Assembly: GCA_016748015.1 (NCBI GenBank)
Contig: JAAOMT010000295.1
Location: 1,178,001-1,242,000, forward strand
DNA length: 64,000 nt
Direction: 5' to 3'
DNA from: Geosiphon pyriformis uo1
Lineage: Eukaryota; Fungi; Glomeromycota
Shown here: positions 36,101 through 49,346 of the stretch, in pieces
How the letters are laid out: each line of letters starts with the position of its first letter
Numbering within the stretch: the stretch's first letter is position 1
Made by a program: the position numbers and the translations under genes
Notes under the pieces: generated by a model
Told to the model about the DNA's origin: nothing
Database searches by the model: none
The model's input: the letters and a program-made list of their open reading frames with translations, nothing else

Positions 36101-39100
36101 ATTGGATTGACATCACTTTACCAAACTTGGACAGAGCAGTAATAATCATTTCTTTAAACATATTCATAGAAATTTTTTTTATTACTATGGCTTAATCTGA
36201 ATAAACTTTTTGTTTTTTGATATTGGCATTTACAGTGATTCCTTTTTTTCTGGCCAATAAAGTGGCTTTTTTCATGCTTTTTTCTGAAGTGAAGGTAGAT
36301 CAGATGATCTTTTCAAATTTTAAGAAAGTAGTGACTCCCTTAAAACTATTGACTAATGAGAATAATTTTCTAACAACTTGAGTTTTTGCTGTAACAGATT
36401 TCCTTTCCACAGTACCAAAATTGATATTAAGAGCAAAAGATTTTTTGATGAACACTTTAACTTGAGTTTTGATAATCTTTGGATCAACCCATTTTTTGTC
36501 AAGAGATATCTTAAAAGAAGAAGGGAGGAGTTCATTATTTTTATTTATGTTATAATTAATTAAGCCAAGAGGAGAGCCACAAACCAGATTAGTATTAATT
36601 CTTTTAGTTTTAGGGGTGTTTACTGTCAAACTAAGAAGAGACTATTATTAATACCAAATACAATATTATTATCTCTACTATTGCCAAATATACTGTTTAT
36701 ATCTGAATATATATCATGACCAGAACTTGGTTTGTTTAAAAAAATATTTTTTTATCTTTAGAATGCTTGACATTACCAACTGAAACCTTTTTTTTTGAAA
36801 AAAAGAACCCCAACAGAACCATAAAGAACCCTTTTAGGTAACTTTTTTTTAGACATAGTACTGTCTAAAACAGCAGCCAAGTTTACCACAAAAAGATTAT
36901 TCAATTAAAAAATGTTTGCAAAAAATAGCAAGAAAAAATAAAAACTTCTTTATTGAAAATTTTGCTCTTTGAAAGATTTGGAAAGTAAAAGAAAAAAAAG
37001 TTTTTAATTTTTTAGAATTAATATTTTAAAAACCAAAATTTTTTGTAATTTAATATTAATAGACTTTAATATATCTTAAATTTATAATTATTATTTTAAA
37101 ATAGTTGTTAAAAAATATAATTTAATTAATTTGTTTTAATTATATTAATTTATAATTAAAGCTTTAAAATTAATATAATTTAATTATATATTTTTTTTAG
37201 TTTAAAAAAATATTAATTTATAATAAGCAATAAATTTTTTTATATATTTTCTTATTTTTATATTTTTAAAATTTATATTAAATTTTTTAAATTACTATTT
37301 TTTATTTTATTTAAAAAAGCTGTTTTTGTAATAATTTTATAAAAAATTATTATCAAATATATATTTTTATAATCTTAATATAATTATTAATTATAATAAT
37401 ATATTTACATATTAATTTTTATTATTAAATAAAATTATTGTTGTTGTAAAGTTTATAAAATTTGTAATTTTTTCAAATAATATTATTTTTGTAAAATTTG
37501 TTATAAGTTTTTAAATTTGTTTTTGCTTTTGTTATTTTTGTTATTATTTTATTTTATATTATTTTTTAAATATTTTTGTTAATAATATTAAGTTAAAGTT
37601 TATTAAATTAAAATAATATATTGTTATTTATTTAAAATTATTAAAGTTTTAACTTTTTGGTTAATTTTATAAAAAAAACAATATTTAAATTTTTTTTATA
37701 ATATATTTAAAATCAAAAACTTTTTTTTCTCTTATATTTAAAATTTTTCAAAAAGCATTTTTTTGAAAAAAAAAGTTTTTGTCTTTGTTTTTCTTATAAT
37801 ATTGCTTTTAATATTTTTCAAATAAATAATTTTTTTGTAGTAAATCTAAAAACTACTTTAAATAACAATATGTTTAAAAAAAGTGTTCAAAAAAACTTTT
37901 TATAATTTAGTTAAAAGTTTTTTTTTTCAGAAAAAAAAAGTTTTTATAAGTAATATTAAGCACTCTAATAATCAAAAAAATATTTTTTTGATTAAACTTA
38001 GTCTTAAAAATAGTATATATTCGAATATAAATAGTAAATCTAATAAAAAAAATGTAATGTCTTAATAGATACTAGTAATAATTTTTTTGGCTTAATAATA
38101 ATAACTCTTAAAGTTAAGAGAATTAATATTAGTTTGAAATATAATTTTTTTATTGATACAATTAACTATAATATAGATAAAAATAAAAGATATTTTTTTT
38201 CTTTTCTTAATATTTTTTAAACAAAAGATAGATTAACCCCAAGATAATAAAAACTCAAGTTAAGATAATTATTAAAAAATTTTTTGCTTTGAATATCAAT
38301 TTATTAGCAATCAAAAATAAATTAATAATGGCAAAAGTACAGATTATCAAAAATATATGGTTTTGGAACAGTGACTATTTTTTCAAAATTTGAAAAAAAA
38401 TAAAAAAAGCCATGTCATTGACTGATAAAAATAATTTTATAGTAAACAATAATTTTAAAAAACAAAGTTTTTATTTAAATTGAACTATAGTTATTAAAAA
38501 AATTTTCATAAATATGTTTAAGAATATGATCATTACTACAGTATTTAAATAAATAATATTGATCTAATTATAATTAATTAAGCTATAACAAAAGACTAGT
38601 AAAATTTGCTAAATCAGATTAGACAGACAATCTAATAACTAAATAATCTTTTTTAATAAGTAAAAACTTACTATATATAACCAAAGCTATAAATAGTCAT
38701 AATATCTGAATGTTTAAAAACCAATTTAAAATATTTTTGTTTACTTTGTCTATAAAAACTACTGTTTATAATTTTGGTTTTTTATAAAAAAAAGTTGGTA
38801 AAAAAACATGTGTAATTAATTAATTATTTAAAACTGGTAATAAAATTTATTATACTGTAATTGGTTTTAAATTAAATAATAACTTATAATTAATCTTTTA
38901 CACAAAATTAATTTTTGGTAATATAAAACTTTTTTGGACTAAATTGGATTTGGTTTAACATAAAAAATGTAAGCATTTTAAATATTTTATTTTTAAGTAT
39001 AATACTATTAGTACTACTGTTTTTGCTTTAAAAAATATTTATAAAAAAATTGTTTTAAATAAAAATTGTCTTTGGTTGACTTATCTTTATGCCAAGAAAA

Positions 39101-41690
39101 AAATTTTTATTTTACAATTAATAGCTTTTGGTAACAAGTTTTGAGCACAGATAATTTCTTTAATAAATATTTTTATTAATATTTGTTATGATATTTATAC
39201 TGGTTTTTTATTTTTTAGTATTCTTTTTTCTATTAAAAATTCAATATTTAGTTTAGTTACTTTTATTAATGTCTATTTGATATTTTTAAAAAAATTCCTG
39301 GAACTTTTGGCAAATTAAGTATCTGGTATTTTTTGCAGATTAAATAATCTGAAATTAAATCTTTATATATCTGCAGCTTTTTTTTTTCTTTAACAAAAAT
39401 ACCAGTTTTTGTTATCAATTTGAACATAAGCATAACTACAAATAATTTAAATAAAACTCTTTTTTTTTTTGCAATAAATGTTTCAAAATCTTTTTTTTGA
39501 GAATAAATAATATAAAAATTCTTATTTTTAAGATAAGAAATATAAAATCCAAGATAATTGTATTGAAAGTTTTTATAAACTCTATTTTGGCAAAATTAAA
39601 TCAATTATATACTAATTTAAGTTTTATAATATTATTTTTTTTTAATAAATAAGTTAATTTGAAAAATTACTACATGCAACATTAAGAATATAAACAATTT
39701 AATTAAACAAAAAAACATTGTTTATTGGTATTTGAATTTTGGCAATATAATTTTAATACAAAAACAAAATTGAAATCTAATATTAAATTATAAATTATGA
39801 ACAGATTTAATAGAATTCACATCTTTATATCAAGTATAAATTAAAAATATTTTAGTGTTAGTATAACTATTATCTTGAATATTTTCTTGATTTGCCATAT
39901 TTTAAAAATAAAAAAAATTTTGAACCAAATTATTTTAATTTGTTTTTCATTAAAAATAAGCTTTTAGTTAAAAATTTAAGTTTATATACTGGTGTTTTTG
40001 TTAAGACCAAATTTGATTAAACTATAAAAGTTGAATTTTTATTGTTAATATAGTAAATTCTAGTTTTTTCATGATTTTAAATAGAAATTTTAATAAAAAT
40101 AAGTTTAAAAAAAGCACAAATTTCAAATTTTGTTTAGATTTAAGTTTAGTTAATTTATTTAGTAAGCATTTTTTGGTTAAAACTTCTATTTAAACCAATT
40201 TTAAAAGAGTTAAAAAAGTTATTAATTTTGTTTTTATAAGTAAAAGTTTGTTATTTGTAATTATAAACTATAGAATCAGCTCTATATTTTATTTTTTTAA
40301 TATTAATTACAGAATAGTTGTGGTTTTAGTTAAATTAAATAGTTTTTTGAATGTTTATTTAAATAATATTTACAAGTAGGCAAATAAAAATTGGTAAAAA
40401 TTTGTAAATAAAGATGTAAATAATACCTAGTAAATACATTTTAGAAAATACTGTTCTGCTAAGCTTTTAATTATAATAGATAAGTTTAAGTCTGTAAAAA
40501 ATAATTAAAATTTAAATATGATATAAAAATTATTAAAAGAAATAGTAATAAATTTTATTAATATAGTATTTTTTAAATGTTAATTCAATATTTTTAAGTG
40601 TTAAAAAATAAGCAGTTTTCAAAAATTTTTGGTTTGGAATTACTGGTTTTTAAATTGGTAAAAAATTGGATTCAGATAATAAGTTTGAATTTAATTATTT
40701 TCTTTGGATTTAATTAATTATAAATAATAAAAAATTCTTTAAAATTAGCAAGCTATACAAAATAGTGTGTCTGTAATAAATATTATTAAATATTTATTAT
40801 TAATAAAGAAAAAGTACAGAAAATTTAAGTACTTTGAGTCTAAAGTAATTAAGAATATGTCTATTAAAAAAACAATTATTAAGCATATAAATAATTTTTG
40901 TTTTAATAAAAAACATATAATAAGAAGTATTTTGGTAAAACTATTTTACAATGTAGTATTAAATTATTTAATAATAGAGAAAAAGATAGTTTTAAATCCA
41001 GAAATTAAAATTTAAGATTAATAAAATTTTAAAAAAGTAGATAAAAAAGTGAAAAATGTCTTTAATATTATTTGGTTTGTAATCTTTCTAATATATATCT
41101 TAAAATTATGTAAAAAACAATGCTTTTTTTGGTTTGATAAGTAAAATTAGTATAGAAAATTTGGTTATAATTATTGAGTTCTGCTTAATAACAAAACTGT
41201 TAGTTTCTTTAATATATCTAATAAGCTTTAAAAATATTGTAATAAGATAATTACATAATGTTTTTTGAATCTGTTAAATTTTTGTTTAATTTTTTGTGAT
41301 GTTTTAGTTTTGTGAAAAAAGACATAAATTTTAATAATTTCTAAGCCCTATAAATAAAATAGTATTTTAATAAATATATAATTATTATACTAATTAAAAT
41401 GACCAAAAAAATTTGTTCAAAATTTTGTCAAATAGAATTTTTTTATGTATAGTGAATTTGATGTTTTCTATAGAAATAACTTTTTAGTTTTAAAAAATAT
41501 TTTAATTTAGTTTTTTGTATTTGCTATTAGTTTAATAGTAGAAAATGCTTTTGAAAAAGACTAAAAATTCTAATTTATATTATAAAATATGTGCAAAACT
41601 TATAATTTAATTGGATAATTCTACTTAAAAACTAGTTTAAAACACATTAAAATATATGACTAATTTATAATTTTTTGAAAATATATATAT

Positions 41691-42735
41691 TATTACAGAT
41701 AAACTTAGTAGGGTAAGGAAATAGTAATGTTTGGTGCTCTTAATTATTAGTAATACATGTTTTGCCTAATTCTGTTGATCTAGTCTTGATTATCAGTCTC
41801 TAAAAGTCTTATCTACTGGTTGTAAATTTATCCATTGAGTCTTTTGGTTATAAAGCACAAAAGTTTGGCTTTTGCTGATTGTAACTTCTTATAAATGTGA
41901 ACTATCTTTTCTAAGCTAATAAGTGCAGTTATTAGGGTCTAGTGTTGTCTTTTTGCCTTTCTGGTAAGCTAACAAGATAATGTTAATATCCAAAACTTAA
42001 GAAAAGCTTTCCTCTTTTACTAGGCTATCACAAAGTTTATTTCCAAATAGTTGATTTTACTATGTTGTTACTCTACAAGAGAAAATAAAGAAAAAAATAA
42101 AAGAAAAAAAATAAAATAAAGAAAAAAAAAATAAAAAAAGATAAATTAATATCGTCAATTATCATGATCAAAAGTGATTGGTCCAGGTTATTAATGATTT
42201 GAGGTGATTATGTTAAGAACATCTGTTCTAAAATAAAGATACAAAACAATAGTTAATTCATGTAAATTCCATAAAGTTTGAGAACATGAATTTGTGATTT
42301 TGATTTCTCAATAATTGATTTTATTTTAGAAAATAAATATGGAATAGAATAAATAATAAAAGGGATAAAGATATTTGATTCTTGTTTAGTGGTTTATATC
42401 TCTGTTGTCCTTTTTCTAACTTTTTCAACTATTTGTTTTTATATATTTTTTTGGTTTTACAAGATTGTTTCTGATTGTTCTATTATTGCTAATTATTGTT
42501 TTGTTATTTCTGTAATTGCTTCATTTTTCTATGTTATTACTAGTTATCTTATATTATAACATGTTATCTGGTATTATTACATATTATTTTGTGTTATTCT
42601 ATATTATAATATGTTATCTTGCATTATCCTAAGTTATAATGCATCATCCAATATTATTGCATACTATTTTGTGTTATGTTATGTTTTGATCACATTTTTT
42701 CATAACTTTGAATCGGTTTTTCTACTCAAGTAATA
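41691..42735 (-). mobile_element. Solo LTR S2 (fourth LTR family)
   Basis: Termini TATTAC...GTAATA (eroded TGTTAC/GTAACA); TSD ATAT/ACAT (41687-41690, 42736-42739). Removal restores LINE frame ENIYINRINKII. Layout (A-tract, TATA, array) matches the other minus-strand LTRs. Confidence 0.8.
42531..42690. repeat. 16 x 10-bp periodic array (approx. RYRTTATNNN) in presumed U3 of S2
   Basis: Strict 10-nt phasing, e.g. atgttattac tagttatctt atattataac atgttatctg gtattattac. Confidence 0.8.
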
Positions 42736-43724
42736 ACATAAACAGAATTAATAAAATAATAACAAATTTTGGGCTTTTAAATAAGTATAAAATATATAAT
42801 AGATTAGATTAAAGTAAAGTTTTCTTACTATTTTTTTGAAAAATTTTTTATAATTACTTGTTATATAAAATTAAAAGGCAGAATTATTTGTGTAAATATT
42901 AAATTAACTCCAATTTTATGACAAAAACTAGCAGAATAAAGATTAGTAAAGAAAAAACTTCTTTTTTTATAGTTGATGTCTTTGTTAATAATATAATTTG
43001 AATTAAGAATAGTCAAACATTAATACAGTATATTTTGAATATTGTTAATGAGTTTTATAGAATCAATAAAATTTCTATTAACAATAATAAAACAGTTATA
43101 ATTTTTATTAACCAGAAAATAATAGATTTTTTTTGTATATTAATAGTTAGTCTATTTCTATTGCTAAGCATAATAAATTTTATAGATGTTTAAAAAAATT
43201 TTTATTAATGAAAAGTATGTTTAAACTAAATTTTATTAAAATATACTTAAATATTAGATTTTTTTTAAATATAGTTCTTAAAAAAATATTGTTTAATAAA
43301 AAATTTTTATATCTGGTTTTAGTTGTTTTATAATTTATAATTGACTACCAAATATAATTTAGTTTTGTGTTTAAAAATATATGTTAAATATGAAATATTT
43401 TAATAAAAAAAAAGCTTAAATTTAAAGCCAATTTGTTTAAAAACTTTTTTAATAAAACTTTACATTACTTATTTTTGTATAGATTGAAATTTTTTAAACA
43501 AATACAAACAAAGAACAAAGTAGCTTTAGTTATTAAGTTTTTTAATATAACAGATATTTTTAGCTATTTGTTTAAACACTATTTTTTGGATTTACAAGTT
43601 GTAAGCTAAGCATTTATAAATTTATTGCAGTTTTTGGTTAAGTTAAGAGTCAATTCTGTTAATAATTATTTGATAAATATTGCGAAAATATTTTTGAATA
43701 ATAGAAATCTCTTTGATTAATAAC

Positions 43725-46700
43725 TAAGGTTCTAATTAAATTGAACTGAATTAAACTTTAAGTGTTGTTTAAGTTCAGTTCAAATTACAAACTAAATTTA
43801 AACTAAACCAATTTTTCAAATTAGATTTGGTTCAAGTTTGTCATTAAATCTTTTTGACAAGTTTGAATTTGGTTCAAATTTGGTTTAAAATTTATAAATT
43901 TGTTTAAGTTTAATGAAATTAAAAAAAGATATAAACTTATACTACTTGTTTATTAATTATTACTTTGTTTAATTACTATAATTAGTTAAAGAGATATATA
44001 AAATTATGTATGTATAATAACTTTACTCTCTAACTTACCAAAATAAATTTATTATTGGTATTATCTAATGTTACTAAAGATTCAAAATTCGAAATAACAG
44101 AATTTAATAATCCAAATAGTTCAAATATTAATATATTTGGTAAACATAGTTTTTAAAATGAAGTATAGAATTATTTTGATAAGTTTGAGTAAACAAAAAA
44201 AAAACAGCTAAATATATGGTCTTAAAATAGATACATAAACCATTTTTTTGCAGAATTATGAGTACTAACAAACTCTTATGGTGCCATTTAAAAACTTTTT
44301 ACTGAATAGTATATGTTACAATAAAGAAATATTATAAAAAAAGACAAAATGTTCAAAAAAATTGTGAGTTAGTTAAAAAAATGTTTTAATAAGTAAGATT
44401 GCTATTTTTTTTATAATTTTTAGCCAATCTAACTAGAAAACTGCTCTAGCCTTCTGTAGTAACTGTTATTAATGTTAATAATAAAACTTTATAACATATT
44501 TACTATTTGGCTTATCAATTGTTAGTGACTATTTTTTAAAATAAAAAATCTTGAATTAATTGAAATATTCTAATATTTGAATTCTACTTCTTAATTTGTT
44601 TGTGCTAATACAATTAAGAATAAAGTTATAAAACTTTATGTTTTGAGTAAACAAAAATTAAGAATAAATACTATCTTTATTATGAAATGTTCTTTTTTTT
44701 TACTTATACTTACAACATAATAGATATATTTAGGTATTATTAAGTTCAAAATTTCTTTTATATTAGATTTCTGAATATCTCCTAATAACAAAGTCTTTGT
44801 TTTTATTATTACTCATTATATTAATGGCAATTGAAATTTTTAATAAATAATAATTGATATTAGATTAATAAGTAGATAACATGATAAAATAAAGATTGCA
44901 AATAGATTTTTAAAGTATTAAAAGATTATAAAATTACATCAAAGATATGTATGTATATTTTTACATGAATTTGGATCAATTAATAACTAATAATGAAATT
45001 GACATATTATATAACATATTAGTTTTATCTAAAGCTTAGAGTTATTATAGTGTTTATATTATTAAAAATTATATTTTTTTAATATTAGCTTAAGTTGGTT
45101 TTATTTATTGCTTTAAAGTTGAATTTTTGGTATTAGTATTATTTAAGATTCAGAATTATTACAATGCTCATATTATTAAAAACTAAGTTTTTTTAATGTT
45201 AGTTTAAGTGGTTTTTATCATTGCTTTAAGCTGAATTTTTAGCTAAAAAGATTAAGAAAAAAGTTTAAGAAAAAGTTATACTTATTCTTTTTTACATAAG
45301 TTTACCATTAATTTTATTAGTTATAACCTAATTTTTTTTAACAGCTTTTTGCTATTATCTTTGATAATATTGCAAATAATAATACTTTTATAAAAGAGTT
45401 AGCAAAAAAATTAGAAGAGAAAAACATTTAATGGAACTCGAAAAATCTTCAATTTTAATGCTTTGATCATATTTTAAACTTGATAGTACAGACAGTTTTA
45501 AATAAAATAAAGAATAATGTTTTCAAAGTATTTGTAAAAAACCCAAACTGAATATATTTACTTGAAATTTTTCTAATGTAAACTTTGTATAAATTAAAGA
45601 TTAAAAAACCTAACTTTACAATCTGTATCTTGCTCCAACGTTTTGAATTTTTTAAATATGTCTGTAATACATGTCAAATTAAATACTGTAAATTTATTCT
45701 GAATTGTTCTATCCAGTAGAATTATACTTATGACATGGTTAGAAATAGATTATCTCTTAAATTGACAAGTTATTTATTTCTGATTTTGTATATTTTGAAT
45801 ACAAAAATTCTAACTGTAAATTTATAAACATTAAACATCCTTATTAGCACTTATATTAACTTTTATCAATATGTTATTTCACATAATTAGTAAGCTATCT
45901 TTGATAAAATTACTAAATTTTTTGAATTATTTAAGGATATTACAGTTAAAATATTAGCCAGTTCAAATAATACTGCCTCCTTAATTATTTTTTCTTTAAT
46001 ATTATTTTTAATTACATTAAAGACACAGTTAATGATAATAAATCTGGTAAAGTATTATAATTTCAATTGTATTTATTTATTTATTTAACATATTTAATAT
46101 TAAATCTATTATTTATTATAGTGGCTAAAACAGCAAAAGAAAAGTTAGTTGAATATTACTGCAAAACAAATACAACTATAATGCTTTGCATTATATTGGA
46201 TCCAAAGAAAAAATTCTATTATTTTACAAAAAGAAAATTTTTGAATGACAATATTAATAAAATAAAAGAATTATAAGTTATTAATTTATTTAAACAGTTT
46301 TATTTTCCAATTCTTATATAATAAATAAATCTTTGGAATATGTACTCTCTTTAAAACAGAGTATATACTAAACATTATATTAATATTAAATAACAGTTTT
46401 TTGTTAAATAACAATTTTAATAATATTATTATATTAATTATACAATTCATATTAAAAACAGACTTTGATAATAATAAGAAAAAAAATCTTAATGAAATTA
46501 ATTATTATATCTCTGAAAAGGTGGCCAATAGAAAAATAGATATAATAATATGATAGAAGATATATTACAAAAAATATTATCTAAATTAATATTTTATTAA
46601 TAATTCAATATTTAGACACATTAAACATAATTTTCTTATCTTATATGTATAACTTATAATTATTTAACAATTTAAAAATCATTTGTTGCTTCTAAATATA

Positions 46701-47050
46701 TTTTTTTTGTAAGTAAGAATATGATTACAGATATAAAATCTCACTTAATGCCTAAAACTATAAGAACAGTATAGTGTTTTCGATCATAAATGCAGAGATC
46801 ATTAAAAAAAAATTAAATAATAATATAATATAATATAATGTTTTTAATAGTTGAACCTAAACATATTCATAAATTTCGAACCAAACTTGAATCAAACTTG
46901 TTATATGTGTTTGGATTTGGTTTAAGTTCAGTAATTTTAAGTTTAATTTAAGTTTGAGTTTGAAATTTTGCCAAATCTTCTGTTTAAATTCAGTTTAGTT
47001 CAGTGATTTAATTGAACTTAAACTGAATTGGACTGAATATTAGAATCTTA
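43725..47050 (+). mobile_element. hAT DNA transposon with degenerate, intron-containing transposase
   Basis: TIR TAAGGTTCTAAT / TAAGATTCTAAT; 8-bp TSD TTAATAAC / CTAATAAC (43717-43724, 47051-47058); subterminal TTCAG/TGAAC repeats. Transposase remnants: BED finger (EV*NYF...WCHL), SFILDF*ISP, CFDHILNL, Q*NYTYDM, LDPKKK, and a dimerisation domain at ~46550-46800. Confidence 0.9.
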
Positions 47051-49346
47051 CTAATAACTTACTTTATGTTTTTTGTTTTTTTAACTATTTTTCAATATTC
47101 AAAATTTTGGAAAATTCTTATTATTTTAATGTTGTTTATTTTTTAAAACATTTAAATATTGTGTTTAAAAACAAATTGTTAAATAAACATAGTGTAATTT
47201 TAAATTAAAAAATTTTTTGTTATTAAAAAAATTTAAATTCTAAGAACTTAGTATTATCATAGTTTATTAAAGCTTTAACTTATATAAATACATTTTTTAT
47301 TAATTTTAATAAGATTATTCTAATTTCTGATTGCTTAAATTTTTTTTATTCAAAATTTTTTTGAATATTTGTAACTGTTTATATAGATTGTGAGTAAAAA
47401 AAATTAATATATATGCTGATAGTTCATTAAAAAGTTTAAGTATTATAAAAATAATAAGTAAAATAGCTATATATTTTTTTAATATTAAAGTAAATATAAA
47501 TGTTAAAATTTATAACTTGTTGTTTTTTATAATATCTGAATTACAAGTAGTTGTGTTAATATTGAAATATATCTTTTTATTTTGTTCTGTAGTTTTGCAT
47601 ATAAACAGCCAAGTTGCTATAGATATATGTGTTTTAAAGTTTAGGTTTTAAATATCTAACTTCCAGAATAAGTATTGAGTAAAAAAACATTATATATTTA
47701 ATTTAATCAGATCAAAAAATATTTTTGTAACATAAGTTAAAATCAAAAGTCATTTTAGAGTTATTAACAATATTTAAAAAGATTTTTTTATATGTAATAT
47801 GACTTTGTCTTATTTGATTATTCTAATTAGTATGCATAAAAAATTTATTATAACTAATAATTTGATTGTGTTAAACAATATTTATTATTTTGTTTATAAT
47901 ATTTATTAGAATGTTTGTCATATTTAATAGAAACCAAATTTAAGTATAAAGATTATTAATAGCTTATTTGTTTAGAATATAAACTAAATCTATATAGTTT
48001 TGTTTTAATATCTAAATTTTTATATGTTTTTTAAGTTCATTAGCAAAGTATTAGCTATTTTTTATACTTATTTAATAAAAGCAGTTTATAAAAAATTATT
48101 AATTGCTGTTAGAAAAAAACTTTATAATAAAGATTATCTAAGTGTTTTATGTTTAATGTGTAATAATATTAAGTTATTTAATCATGTTTTTACTTGTTCA
48201 AAAAATACTATTATATGCTTTAAAATATTACTTGGTCTTGTTCAATTATGAATGTTTTTGATAAGAGTTTGCTTTTTATTATTATTCTCAGTATTATATA
48301 CTTTTTATTTGGAGATATTAAATATTAATATTTATGTAGTCTTATACAAAGATTTTGTTTTTAAAAACTGGATAAATAAAACAGAATTAATTTTTAGTAA
48401 TAAAAAAAAGACTGTGTTTGTGGTAATTAATTTTATTTACTATTTGACTGGCTATTTAAATCTAAGTTTAAAAAAAAGTGGTCTAGTTGATAATATAAAA
48501 ATAATATCTATTGTTTCTTGTAATGTGTTTAGTCATTTGTTAATTGAGATAGTCTATTTGATTGGTATTGTTAAATTGTTTGCTGTTAGCTTTGGTTTGC
48601 ATAAAACTTGTTCTTTTTTTTCAGATTTAGACAATAATGCTAAGGTTTATATAGATATGTAATATAATCTTAATTGGCTTGAATAACTGATTATATATAT
48701 AAGTATATAAGCCATGTTTAGTTGAATTCACTTAGTTTGTTTCTATGTTCTAGATAGTGATTGGGCCACATTCGTTAATAAATTTAATAAAAAAAAATTT
48801 AAAGCCAAGTTGAATAATTTTTTTTGGCTGTATTATTTTTGAAATTAGTAATTTAGTTTTTTAAAGTAGTTAAACTTGTTTTATTTTTTAGTTTTCTGAT
48901 ATTATTTGCTATTAAAAATTTAATATTGTTATTTTTTAATACTGTTATAAATGTTATATTTAAATTATCTAATTATTAATTATAAAGCTGTTTTTTGGTA
49001 TACTAATTTTATGTTTTATGCTAAAACTGCTGTCTTTTCTTTAATATATGTTTTAATTCTTGCAATATTATTGTTAATTAAATGTATAAATTTAGGTTAA
49101 AGATGCTAAATCTAACTTACAAAATTTGTTTAATTTGGTAAATCTGTAATTAAAAGATAGAATTCATCAAACCAAAACAATAATTTATGGTAGAAAAACA
49201 AGGTGTAACGCATTGTTGACATTTTATTTAGATTGCCACGAATTTAAAATAAAAAAACATGCTAGAAGGCTCAATAAAATCCTTACTCTCAAGAATATTA
49301 TCCCATGGAATTACTGTTTTAATCGAACAGTTTTATCGTCGATAAG

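Larger units (their letters stand above)
20296..37003 (-). mobile_element. LINE-c: full-length degenerate LINE interrupted by G2
   Basis: Poly(A) 20296-20305; ORF2 remnants 20431-23214 and 33104-35010, with frame FAVGLM|VENALEK restored across G2; ORF1 remnants ~35010-36890; 5' terminus AAAC-T8-CTT at ~37003. No convincing TSD. Confidence 0.88.
37717..48797 (+). mobile_element. LINE-d: full-length, most eroded LINE copy, interrupted by solo LTR S2 and a hAT element
   Basis: 5' terminus AAAC-T8-CTC; ORF1 remnant from ~37870; ORF2 remnant ~39645-48662 (RT VFVNNII* ~42980; CLMCNNIKLFNHVFTC ~48150-48195); poly(A) to 48797; degenerate 11-bp TSD TTTAAAATCAA (37706-37716) / TTTAAAGCCAA (48798-48808). 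Confidence 0.85.

Noticed and set aside
20280-37020. TSD for LINE-c (TAATTTTTT at both ends)
   Set aside because: Overlaps the poly(A) tract in very AT-rich DNA and cannot be told from chance.
5914-42690. Short periodic arrays as CRISPR or satellite DNA
   Set aside because: No unique spacers and no cas genes; the arrays are internal parts of LTRs and are duplicated with them.
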